Source: Candidatus Acidiferrales bacterium (GTDB taxonomy: Bacteria; Acidobacteriota; Terriglobia; Acidiferrales; UBA7541). From it: 64,000 bases of DNA. The translations under genes and the position numbers were made by a program. The stretch lies in assembly GCA_963842585.1 (NCBI GenBank), contig CAWJHG010000005.1:285652-349651 (forward strand), written 5' to 3'. The notes below the pieces were generated by a model, which saw only the letters and a list, made by a program, of their open reading frames with translations, was not told the origin of the DNA and searched no databases. This document shows, piece after piece, positions 8,303 through 17,032 of the stretch (position 1 is the stretch's first letter; each line of letters begins with the position of its first letter).

Positions 8303-10249
8303 ATGCTGCGTCCCGGCGAGCTGTCGCTGATGGAGAAATTGCCTCGAAACGGCTGTAGCCCGCAGGCCGCCGAGCAGTACACCCGCTGGCTGGCAACCCA
8401 TCACTACGAAAATTTCAACGTGGTTTCCTGGCTGTTGCCAAAGGATCTGCACCAGCATTTTTACAACGTGTATTCCTATTGCCGGTGGGCGGATGATCTG
8501 GGCGATGAAATCCCGGGGAAGGATCGCGCGCTCGAGTTGCTGGCCTGGTGGGAGACGGAGTTGGACGCCTGCTATGAAGGCCGGCCTTCGCATCCTGTGT
8601 TTGTGGCACTCCGGGAGACGGTGGTGGCCAAGGACGTGCCGAAGCAGCCGTTTGCTGATTTGCTGAAGGCTTTCCGGCAGGACCAGACGGTAGGCCGCTA
8701 CCCGACCTGGGACGCGGTCCTCGATTATTGTGTGTATTCGGCCAATCCCGTAGGCAGGTTGGTCTTGTATCTCTGCGGTTACCGGGATGAGCGGCGGCAG
8801 CGGCTTTCTGACCACACCTGCACGGCCCTGCAACTGGCGAACTTCTGGCAAGACGTTTCGCGGGACCTCGAAAAGGGAAGGATCTACATCCCGCTCGATC
8901 GAGCGGCGGCGCACGGGCTCTCCGAGCAGGACCTGGTCGGGAAGATCTTCGACCAGCGGTACGTTTCGCTGATGAAGGAACTTATCGACTCCACCCGCGG
9001 GCTTTTTCGCCAGGGCATGCCGCTGGCAAAGATGGTGGAGGGAAGGCTGAGCGTCGACCTCGCGATGTTCAGCCGGGGCGGAATGGCCGTTCTCGATGCG
9101 ATTGAGGAGCTCGGCTACGACACCCTGCACGAGCGCCCGGCGGTCGGCAAGGCCAAACAGGTCCGCTTGCTCGGCAGGACCCTGGTTGGACATGTGTTTT
9201 CGGGCGCACCAACGCCGATCAATGAGGCCGTTCGGCACGCTCCGGATGCACCTGGCGAACCAGGCGCGATGGTCAGCGTGGCGGCCTCCTATGAGGAATG
9301 CCACCGGGTGGCCCGGGAGTCGCATAGCAATTTCTATCCCGCTTTTTTTCTGCTTCCGAAGCCCAAACGTGACGGGATTGTGGCCCTCTATGCCTTCATG
9401 CGTTACATCGACGACGTGTCCGATGAGGGCGATGACCTGGCCAGCAAACAACACGGTCTCGCGAAGTGGCGCGCGGCACTGGACCAGGCGATCAATGGGC
9501 AGGATCAGGTGGTGGTGGGTTCGGCGGCCATCGCTTCGCCTTCCCTGAACCTGGACGGTGCAGCGGAGGTTCTGCCCGCGCTGGTCGACACGATTGAGCG
9601 TTACAAGATGCCGCCCCGTTATCTCCACGACCTGATTTCCGGCGCCGAGATGGATCTGACCCTTCAGACTTACCCGTCCTTTGAGCGCCTGAAGGAATAC
9701 TGTTACCGCGTGGCCGGAACGGTGGGGCTGACGTGCACACATATTTTCGGGTTTCGCGATTCGAAGGCACTGGAGCTTGCGGAAAAACTGGGGCTGGCCT
9801 TCCAGTTGACCAATATCATTCGCGACGTGCACGAGGATTTTCGGATCGGCCGCGTCTACCTGCCGGAAGAGGATCTGGCCCACTATCGCGTCACCAGGGA
9901 GGACTTGGGGCGCGAGGAGGCCAGTCTGGGTGTGCGCGAGCTGCTGCGGTTTGAAGCCGATCGCGCCTGGAGACTGTACGAGGAAGGCAGCAAGCTTCTG
10001 GGGCTCGTCGAAGAGGACAGCCGGGGGACGCTGTGGCTGCTGGTGCATACCTACAGCGCGCTGCTCGCGCGCATTGAAAGTGTAAATTTCGCCGTTTTCG
10101 GGGCGCGGGTCCGGCTGACGAAGGCGGAAAAACTGAAGTTGATTGCCAAGGCGCGGTTCGGGCGCCACACGGAAGAGAATATCCTTGCAAAACGTGATCG
10201 TGATCGGCGGCGGGCTGGCGGGGCTGTCGGCGGGCGTCGCGCTGGCTGA
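8303..10249 (+). CDS. hpnC/hpnD: fused squalene-synthase-like protein: HpnC-like N-terminal domain plus HpnD-like C-terminal domain
   Basis: 648-aa uninterrupted ORF with two SQS/PSY domains. Domain 1 has YSYCRWADDLGDE and NFWQDVSRDLEKGRIYIP. Domain 2 has YAFMRYIDDVSDEG and NIIRDVHEDFRIGRVYLP. The linker around 9180-9290 has no in-frame stop. Confidence 0.85.
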   Translation: MLRPGELSLMEKLPRNGCSPQAAEQYTRWLATHHYENFNVVSWLLPKDLHQHFYNVYSYCRWADDLGDEIPGKDRALELLAWWETELDACYEGRPSHPVFVALRETVVAKDVPKQPFADLLKAFRQDQTVGRYPTWDAVLDYCVYSANPVGRLVLYLCGYRDERRQRLSDHTCTALQLANFWQDVSRDLEKGRIYIPLDRAAAHGLSEQDLVGKIFDQRYVSLMKELIDSTRGLFRQGMPLAKMVEGRLSVDLAMFSRGGMAVLDAIEELGYDTLHERPAVGKAKQVRLLGRTLVGHVFSGAPTPINEAVRHAPDAPGEPGAMVSVAASYEECHRVARESHSNFYPAFFLLPKPKRDGIVALYAFMRYIDDVSDEGDDLASKQHGLAKWRAALDQAINGQDQVVVGSAAIASPSLNLDGAAEVLPALVDTIERYKMPPRYLHDLISGAEMDLTLQTYPSFERLKEYCYRVAGTVGLTCTHIFGFRDSKALELAEKLGLAFQLTNIIRDVHEDFRIGRVYLPEEDLAHYRVTREDLGREEASLGVRELLRFEADRAWRLYEEGSKLLGLVEEDSRGTLWLLVHTYSALLARIESVNFAVFGARVRLTKAEKLKLIAKARFGRHTEENILAKRDRDRRRAGGAVGGRRAG

Positions 10250-11597
10250 AGCCGGCTGGCGTGTGCGCCTGTTCGAGCAGCGGCCCTTTCTCGGCGGCCG
10301 GGCAACGTCGTACGTGTTGCCGGACGGCGAGCATGTGGACAACTGCCAGCACGTGACGCTCGGGTGCTGCACGAACCTCGAAGATTTTTACCGGCGCGTC
10401 GGAGCACAGGAGAAGATCCGATACTTCGATCGGCTCCTGTTTCAGGACCCCCAAGGCCGCACTGGAATCATGCAGGCCGGCCTGCTGCCGGCCCCGCTGC
10501 ACATGACCGGATCGTTTCTTTCCTTTGCACCGCTCGCGCTGGCCGACAAGAGGTGCATCGCGAGCGCGCTTCTGGATATTTTACGGGGCCGGGGGCACAC
10601 TGCAGATCTGGATACGCCCGGCGGGATTTCCATGCTCGCGTGGCTCAGGAAGCGCAAGCAGACGCCCCGGGCGATTGAGCGGTTTTGGCGCGTGGTGCTG
10701 GTCAGTGCGCTCGACGAAGAGCTGGAGCAGACCGACGCGCGGTTTGGCGTGGATGTGTTCTGGAAGGGGTTTCTCTCAAACCGAACCGGCTACCGCATGG
10801 GTGTGCCGGCCGTGCCGCTCGCCGAACTGTACGACGGTTGCAAGGCAGAGATCGAACGAAGGGGCGGGGAGGTGAATTTGCGTTTGCCGGTGCGGGCGAT
10901 TCACTTCTCGAACGGCGCGGTAGACAGTCTGGAGTTTGATGGCGGACGGCGGGAATCGGCGGAAGCCTATGTGTTCGCGATGCCGCACCAAGCGCTTGCG
11001 GAGTTGCTGCCCGAAGAGATCCAGAAGAGGGAGCCAGCGCTCGCGCATCTCGGGAAGATCCGCGTTTCGCCCATTACCGGTGTGCACTTCTGGTTCGACC
11101 GGGAGGTGATGAAAGAGCCGTTTGTCACACTGCTCGAGACGACCACCCAGTGGATTTTTAATAAAACGGAACTGTATGGCGCGAACAAGAGCGGGGGCAA
11201 CGAAAAGGGGCAATATCTGCAATTGGTGATCAGCGCATCCTATGACCTGTTGCAGAAGCCGCGGCAGGAGATCATCGATCTTTGCCTGGCAGAACTGCGT
11301 CAGGCTCTGCCCCGGATGCGGGAAGCAAGATTGCTCAAAGCCACGGTGATCAAGGAGGCGGCGGCCACATTTTCACCGCAACCGGGAGTGGACCGCTGGC
11401 GTCCAACACAGCAGACCGGTATTGCGAGGATGTTCCTTGCAGGCGATTGGACCCAAACCGGTTGGCCGGCGACGATGGAAGGTGCGGTTCGAAGCGGGTA
11501 TCTGGCCGCCGAGGCGGTGTTACGGGTGGCGGGAACGGCTCGGACGATTTTGCGGCCGGATCTGCCGCCGGATGGTTGGGTCGGGATGTTTGCCTAG
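10185..11597 (+). CDS. hpnE: squalene-associated FAD-dependent desaturase/amine-oxidase family protein
   Basis: Dinucleotide-binding motif VIVIGGGLAGLSAG...FEQRPFLGGRA. The C-terminus FLAGDW...GWPATMEGAVRSG is typical of amine-oxidase/HpnE. The track ORF starts at TTG 10143. TTG 10185 or GTG 10194 (after GGAAGAG) is more likely. The gene overlaps the 3' end of hpnC/D. Confidence 0.85.
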   Translation: MQNVIVIGGGLAGLSAGVALAEAGWRVRLFEQRPFLGGRATSYVLPDGEHVDNCQHVTLGCCTNLEDFYRRVGAQEKIRYFDRLLFQDPQGRTGIMQAGLLPAPLHMTGSFLSFAPLALADKRCIASALLDILRGRGHTADLDTPGGISMLAWLRKRKQTPRAIERFWRVVLVSALDEELEQTDARFGVDVFWKGFLSNRTGYRMGVPAVPLAELYDGCKAEIERRGGEVNLRLPVRAIHFSNGAVDSLEFDGGRRESAEAYVFAMPHQALAELLPEEIQKREPALAHLGKIRVSPITGVHFWFDREVMKEPFVTLLETTTQWIFNKTELYGANKSGGNEKGQYLQLVISASYDLLQKPRQEIIDLCLAELRQALPRMREARLLKATVIKEAAATFSPQPGVDRWRPTQQTGIARMFLAGDWTQTGWPATMEGAVRSGYLAAEAVLRVAGTARTILRPDLPPDGWVGMFA

Positions 11598-11625
11598 GGC
11601 GCCGGTAGACCGGGTCAAGAGCGGC

Positions 11626-11925
11626 TCAAGAGAGAGCGCAGGACAGGATCTGGCGTTCGCGAACGAACAGACCCTCGTTCGAACGATCGGTTTCGTCGTA
11701 AGCCTCACGGTTGGCGGACAGGAAGTTCTGATAAGAGATCTCGGAATCCCAGAAGTCCAGGGTGAAGTAGATGTGAGAGCGGGAGGGATCGGGGTGAAGT
11801 CGGGTACCCCGGAAGTGAGGATCGCGCTGGAAGAGCTGTACCCAGGTACCATTGCTCCCATAGGCACTTTCAAAGCGTTCTTCATATCCTGGCTTGACTT
11901 CGAACTCCCATAGGATTACAAACAT
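11626..11925 (-). CDS. small ABM/dimeric alpha-beta-barrel-like protein (hypothetical)
   Basis: The internal ATG gives MFVILWEFEVKPGYEERFESAYG...WVQLF..., which looks like antibiotic-biosynthesis-monooxygenase-fold proteins. The longer ORF start at 12024 is less likely. Confidence 0.5.
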   Translation of the reverse strand: MFVILWEFEVKPGYEERFESAYGSNGTWVQLFQRDPHFRGTRLHPDPSRSHIYFTLDFWDSEISYQNFLSANREAYDETDRSNEGLFVRERQILSCALS

Positions 11926-12104
11926 AGAGGTCCCATCTTCTGCTCTCGCCAAGCAGCATTCCAGGATAACTTCAAAGGGGAAGACTGGTGTGCTGGGCGG
12001 TTGTAGCGTTCCGATTGGATACATCTCGGGAATAGACTCGTATCAAACCAGTCGTGTAACAAGTTGAAGTGGCAGTCCGTTGCGACTGACGGACGGAGGC
12101 GTTT

Positions 12105-12590
12105 GTGGATCGCAAGTACGGTCACCGCGGCTATCGTGATGCCGAAAAGCAGGACAAACACGAAAAGAAGGACCGGGAGCGTAAGCCCCCGCAAGGCGGC
12201 CCGCGAGGGGCAACCGATCACCTCGGACCGCGCACGCCAAGGATGGTGGGCACGGTAACTCGGGCGCGCTGCTCGAACTGTGGGGCCGTGCTGGTGGCGG
12301 GGTTTGATCCCGGCGGAAAATGCCCGAAATGCAATTTCGAGTTGCATTGCTGCAAGCAGTGCCGCTACTTCGATAGCGGCGCACAATTTGAATGCACCCA
12401 GTCCATTCCGGCGCGCGTATCGCCGAAGGACACCAAGAACGAGTGCACCTTTTACGAGTTCCGGACCACGGTCGAGAAGGATACGGCTCCTACCTCGTAT
12501 ATGCAACCGGCGCAGGTACCTGTCGAAGCACCCGGGCCGGCACGCCCGCTGGACGCCCGGCAGGCATTCGAGAATCTCTTCAAGAAATAA
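12105..12590 (+). CDS. cysteine-rich (zinc-ribbon-like) hypothetical protein with basic N-terminus
   Basis: 161 aa with GTG start. Cysteine pattern CSNC...CPKC...CCKQC...C...C. Lys/Arg/Asp-rich N-terminal tail. Confidence 0.55.
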   Translation: MDRKYGHRGYRDAEKQDKHEKKDRERKPPQGGPRGATDHLGPRTPRMVGTVTRARCSNCGAVLVAGFDPGGKCPKCNFELHCCKQCRYFDSGAQFECTQSIPARVSPKDTKNECTFYEFRTTVEKDTAPTSYMQPAQVPVEAPGPARPLDARQAFENLFKK

Positions 12591-12596
12591 ATTCCT

Positions 12597-13550
12597 TCAT
12601 TGTTTTGTCAGCGGGGAACCCATCGGGAAAAGTGTGGGTGCTTCCGCCATTTCACTGGCGATCTCCTCCAATTGGGGATAGTGCCGGCGAAGCGGCTCAG
12701 GAACCTTCACCTTGGTGCCTTTTAGGATGTGCAGCAGTTGCAGGGCGTTGACGACGGCCTTGCCCTGGTAGTGATTGTTGGTGATCACGAAGGTATCCCG
12801 GGTGTGCGCCTGGATCGAACGAATCCGGGCCACCCAGGGATCGAGTTCCTCCGTAGCATACAGGTAGTTGTAACGCTCGTGCGGGGGAATGGAGGGGTTG
12901 TCGCTGAACCAGGTGTCGTAGCGGCGCCCGTGCAGGCGCACGTATCCGATCGGGGAAGTTGCTTCCGCAGAGGGCTGCAAAGAATGGCCGATGATAGGCT
13001 GGTCGATGTTGCAGAAACCCGCGTGGTGCTCCCCGAGCATTGCGAGCGTTTCCGGCCGTTGCCAGGAGGAGTGGCGCAACTCAACAACCAGAGGATAGTC
13101 GGCAAAACGGATCAACACGGTTGTGAGGTAAGCGACCGTCTCAGGCGTGCAATGGAAGGAGAAAGGGAACTGCAGGAGGACCGCGCCGAGTTTGCTGGCA
13201 TCGCGGAGGACGTCCAGTCCGGCACGGACGGCGCGTTCATCGTCCTTGCTGGCAACCGGATCATGCGTGAACTTCTGCCAGAGCTTCGCGGTGAACAGGA
13301 AAGAAGGATTGCCGGCGACACGCTTGACCCAGAGAGCGGCATGGTCCGGTCGCAGTGGCTGATAAAAGGAAGTGTTGATCTCGATGGTGTCGAAGAAAGT
13401 CGCCAGATATTCGGCCTCATGGAACCCCTTCGAACGACGGGGGGGATAGACGTAACCAGCCCAATCGCTGTAGGACCAGCCCGCCGGTCCGATGCGAACA
13501 CGGCCCTCGGCAGGCGAATTGGGAGTGACAGACTTCTTCATGAGGCGCAC
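12597..13550 (-). CDS. DUF72 (YecE-like) family protein
   Basis: IGPAGWSYSDWAGYVYP...FFDTIEINTSFY...LLQFPFSF...VELRHSSW is the characteristic DUF72 pattern. The start may be the ATG at 13541. Confidence 0.85.
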   Translation of the reverse strand: MRLMKKSVTPNSPAEGRVRIGPAGWSYSDWAGYVYPPRRSKGFHEAEYLATFFDTIEINTSFYQPLRPDHAALWVKRVAGNPSFLFTAKLWQKFTHDPVASKDDERAVRAGLDVLRDASKLGAVLLQFPFSFHCTPETVAYLTTVLIRFADYPLVVELRHSSWQRPETLAMLGEHHAGFCNIDQPIIGHSLQPSAEATSPIGYVRLHGRRYDTWFSDNPSIPPHERYNYLYATEELDPWVARIRSIQAHTRDTFVITNNHYQGKAVVNALQLLHILKGTKVKVPEPLRRHYPQLEEIASEMAEAPTLFPMGSPLTKQ

Positions 13551-13728
13551 CGCCCGGCAAGTCGGGAACCGGCAGTGAAGCTAGCCTAAGGAGTTCGCAA
13601 GGGACTGTCAACGCGGGGTGGGATTGCGCGGCGCAGGACGGAGTGCTAGGCTCAAATTGTCATGCGGTGCAGAAAATCGACTGCGTCGCGTTCCTGCCTC
13701 AATACGCCTCAATCCTACAGGTGCAACC

Positions 13729-14067
13729 ATGAACGTTTCAATCAGCTACCGACACGTGGAGTCACAAGAAGCTGTGGCCATGGAAGTAACACGTCGTTTG
13801 GATAAGTTGGGACGATTGCTCAAGAGTTATCAGCCGGACCTGGTTCAGATTAAAGGAGTTTTTTCGAAGAACCAGAGAACCGACGAGCAGTCCCTGGCAT
13901 TGACCCTCTCTTTGCCAACCGCGACACTGCGCGCTACCGGAAATGGGAAAAACGTGCTAGCTGGCTGCAAAGAGGCTTTCAGTGAGATTGAGCTGCAAAT
14001 CAAGAAACACATGTCCTTGCTGCGGCGCGAACACGAATGGAAGCGCAAGCGACCCGTGCGCGCCTAG
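13729..14067 (+). CDS. hpf: ribosome hibernation promoting factor / sigma-54 modulation protein family (short form)
   Basis: The ATG at 13729 gives MNVSISYRHVESQEAVAMEVTRRLDKLGRLL...IKGVFSKN..., which is typical of RaiA/HPF. The upstream part of the track ORF (from 13618) is not HPF-like. Confidence 0.7.
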   Translation: MNVSISYRHVESQEAVAMEVTRRLDKLGRLLKSYQPDLVQIKGVFSKNQRTDEQSLALTLSLPTATLRATGNGKNVLAGCKEAFSEIELQIKKHMSLLRREHEWKRKRPVRA

Positions 14068-14443
14068 TTGCGCTCGAAAACGGAGCCTGAAGGTCGCTAC
14101 CGGTGACGCCGGGAGAGCCGGCTTGCTCGATTGATCTCGCTTGCCGTCCGGCCGCGGGACCGATTTCCGCCGACCATGCGGGCCCGCTCTCGGGAAGCTG
14201 CTGTTTCGAGCGGTGCAACCGATCGGATCGAGCGTGGCGCGAGGGGCAGGCGAACCAGCCCCGTTTCTGTTTCCGGAAGGAAGCGCACGCGCTTCCGTCC
14301 CCCCGGCCGAACTTCTACGACGGCGGCAAACCGAGAGAGGCCTCGAGGTTTATGGCGCGTCCAGAATGGACGTCCAAAATCCAGACAATTGTCCATTTCG
14401 ATTGAGCCAACCGTTTGCCAGTGTCCGCTAACCACATTGTTTC

Positions 14444-17032
14444 GTGAGAGTTAAGAAATATCCCCACGGCAATCACTTTGGCAGGGAGTTTGCCTGTTCT
14501 GACTCCGACGAACCGCTTTTGTCGAAAAGTATTGCTTCGCTAAATTTCTGCATTGTGGAGGCTGGATTGGGGAAAGTCAGCACGCATTCGCGCACCGACG
14601 ACGTTTCTCTCTCGGCAACGCTCGGGGAGGAAGTGGATCATAGCCTTCGTTATTTGATCGGGAAAAACCCTGATCGCGCCCTTCCGCAGGATCTTTTTAA
14701 GGCCATGGCTTTCGCACTGCGCCCACGGCTGCTCGCCGGGATGGAGCAGACCGAAAAGCGATACCAGGCCGCGCATTCCAAGCGCATGTACTACCTCTCG
14801 GCGGAATTCCTGATCGGCCAGTCTCTGAAGAATAATCTGTTCAACCTTCGACTGACCCAGGCGGCAATGGATGTCTGCCAGTCCTTCGGTTTTCAGCTGG
14901 CGGAGGTTTTTCAAAGCGAACCCGACGCCAGTCTCGGAAACGGCGGTTTGGGGCGCCTGGCGGCTTGTTTCCTCGAATCGCTCGCCAGTATGGACCTTCC
15001 AGGCTATGGCTACGGGATCAATTACGAGTTCGGGCTGTTCAAGCAGGAAATCCAAAGCGGCAATCAGCAGGAGCGGCCGGATCAATGGCTGCGCGACCCT
15101 TCCCCATGGGAAATTGCTCACGTGGACGAGGCCTGCGTTGTTCCTCTCTACGGCCGCATTGAACACTCCGAGGGCCACGACGGCCGCTACAACCCGATGT
15201 GGGTTGACTGGAGCTTTGTTCTCGGTGTTCCCCATGACATCCCGATCGTCGGGTACCGCGGCCACACGGTGAATAAGCTCCGTTTGTTCTCCGCCCGCGC
15301 TTCAGACGAATTCGACATGCAGGTATTCAATGCCGGGGACTATGTACGGGCAGTCGAAGCGAAAATACAATCGGAAACCATCTCGAAGGTCCTGTATCCA
15401 AACGATTCCTACCCATCCGGCAAGGAGCTCCGGCTGGTCCAGGAATACTTCATGGTGGCCTGCGCGCTGCGCGACATCCTCGGCCAGTTCAGTCGCCAGT
15501 CCTTGGACCTTTCCCTGCTTCCGAAAAAGGTTGCCCTCCAGCTGAACGACACCCATCCGGCGCTCGCGATTGCCGAACTGATGCGTCTCCTGGTGGATGA
15601 ACATTCCTTGCCATGGGAGCGGGCCTGGGACATCACGAGGAAGGTCTGCTCGTTCACCAACCATACGCTCATGCCCGAGGCTCTGGAGAAATGGCCGGTC
15701 GATCTGCTGCAGAAAACACTGCCGCGCCATCTGCAGATCCTCTTCGAGATTAATCACCGGTTTCTTCAAGAAGTGGAGTGTCGGTTTCCTGGCGATGATG
15801 CGAGGAAATCGCGCCTGTCCCTGATCGAGGAGTCCGGTCCACGCCAGGTCCGCATGGCGCATCTGGCCATCGCAGGAAGTCACACCGTGAATGGAGTTGC
15901 CAGACTTCATTCCGAGCTCGTGAAGTCAGATCTGGTGCCGGACTTTTATGCCCTATGGCCAGAGCGTTTCACTAATGTGACCAACGGGGTCACCCATCGG
16001 CGCTGGCTGGCCTGCGGCAATCCTGCCCTGGCGTCCTTTATCACCCGATATGTGGGTTCCGGATGGGAGACCGATTTCCGCCGGGTACGTGAACTTCATG
16101 CGCATGCTTCAGAACCGGAAGCGCAGCGCGATTTTCTGGCCATCAAGCAGGACTGCAAAATGCACCTGGCGAACCTGATCTTGAAAGAGACCCAGATTCT
16201 GGTGGATCCCGAGTCCATGTTCGATGTTCATGTGAAACGCATTCATGAGTACAAGCGCCAACTCTTGAACATTCTCCGCGTGATCCATACCTACAGGGGC
16301 ATCGTTGAGGAAGGCAAGATGCCGCGCGTTCGACGCACCGTCATTTTCGGCGGCAAAGCCGCCCCCGGCTACCACCTGGCCAAACGAATCATCAAGTTAA
16401 TCCACAATGTCGCCACGGTCGTGAACGACGATCCTGCCGTCAAAGGCATGCTGCGGGTCGTCTTCCTTCCGAATTACCGCGTAACGCTGGCAGAAACGAT
16501 CATCCCCGCCGCGGACCTGAGCGAGCAGATCTCGACAGCCGGTACGGAGGCTTCCGGCACCAGTAACATGAAATTCGCGATGAATGGGGCGCTGACCATC
16601 GGCACTCTGGACGGCGCCAATATTGAAATCCGCGAACGGGTTGGGGAAGAGAATTTCTATCTTTTCGGCCTCGATGCGGCGCAGGTGTCTGACCGGCGCA
16701 ATCACCATAATCCGCGGCATCTCTACGAGACCGATCCACTCATCCGGGGGGTCATGGACTATTTGCTCGAGGAGCGATTCTCCGAAGACGAACCCGGAAT
16801 CTTCGATCCGGTCTGTGCCACGCTGCTTGATCATGGCGACCACTACCTTCATTTCGCGGATTTTCACTCCTATCTTGACGCCCAGGAACGTGCGGAGACC
16901 GATTATCTGAATCGCCCGCTCTGGGCGCAGAAGGCGCTCTTCAATATCGCCAATTCCGCGGAATTCTCGAGCGACCACACCATTGGCCAATATGCCAGGC
17001 GAATCTGGCACATCGTCCCCGCACATGAGTGA
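14444..17032 (+). CDS. glgP: glycogen/maltodextrin phosphorylase
   Basis: GT35 hallmarks: GNGGLGRLAACFLES, and the PLP-lysine region EASGTSNMKFAMNGALTIGTLDGANIE. The start is uncertain: GTG 14444, or TTG 14567 after GGAGG. Confidence 0.95.
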   Translation: MRVKKYPHGNHFGREFACSDSDEPLLSKSIASLNFCIVEAGLGKVSTHSRTDDVSLSATLGEEVDHSLRYLIGKNPDRALPQDLFKAMAFALRPRLLAGMEQTEKRYQAAHSKRMYYLSAEFLIGQSLKNNLFNLRLTQAAMDVCQSFGFQLAEVFQSEPDASLGNGGLGRLAACFLESLASMDLPGYGYGINYEFGLFKQEIQSGNQQERPDQWLRDPSPWEIAHVDEACVVPLYGRIEHSEGHDGRYNPMWVDWSFVLGVPHDIPIVGYRGHTVNKLRLFSARASDEFDMQVFNAGDYVRAVEAKIQSETISKVLYPNDSYPSGKELRLVQEYFMVACALRDILGQFSRQSLDLSLLPKKVALQLNDTHPALAIAELMRLLVDEHSLPWERAWDITRKVCSFTNHTLMPEALEKWPVDLLQKTLPRHLQILFEINHRFLQEVECRFPGDDARKSRLSLIEESGPRQVRMAHLAIAGSHTVNGVARLHSELVKSDLVPDFYALWPERFTNVTNGVTHRRWLACGNPALASFITRYVGSGWETDFRRVRELHAHASEPEAQRDFLAIKQDCKMHLANLILKETQILVDPESMFDVHVKRIHEYKRQLLNILRVIHTYRGIVEEGKMPRVRRTVIFGGKAAPGYHLAKRIIKLIHNVATVVNDDPAVKGMLRVVFLPNYRVTLAETIIPAADLSEQISTAGTEASGTSNMKFAMNGALTIGTLDGANIEIRERVGEENFYLFGLDAAQVSDRRNHHNPRHLYETDPLIRGVMDYLLEERFSEDEPGIFDPVCATLLDHGDHYLHFADFHSYLDAQERAETDYLNRPLWAQKALFNIANSAEFSSDHTIGQYARRIWHIVPAHE

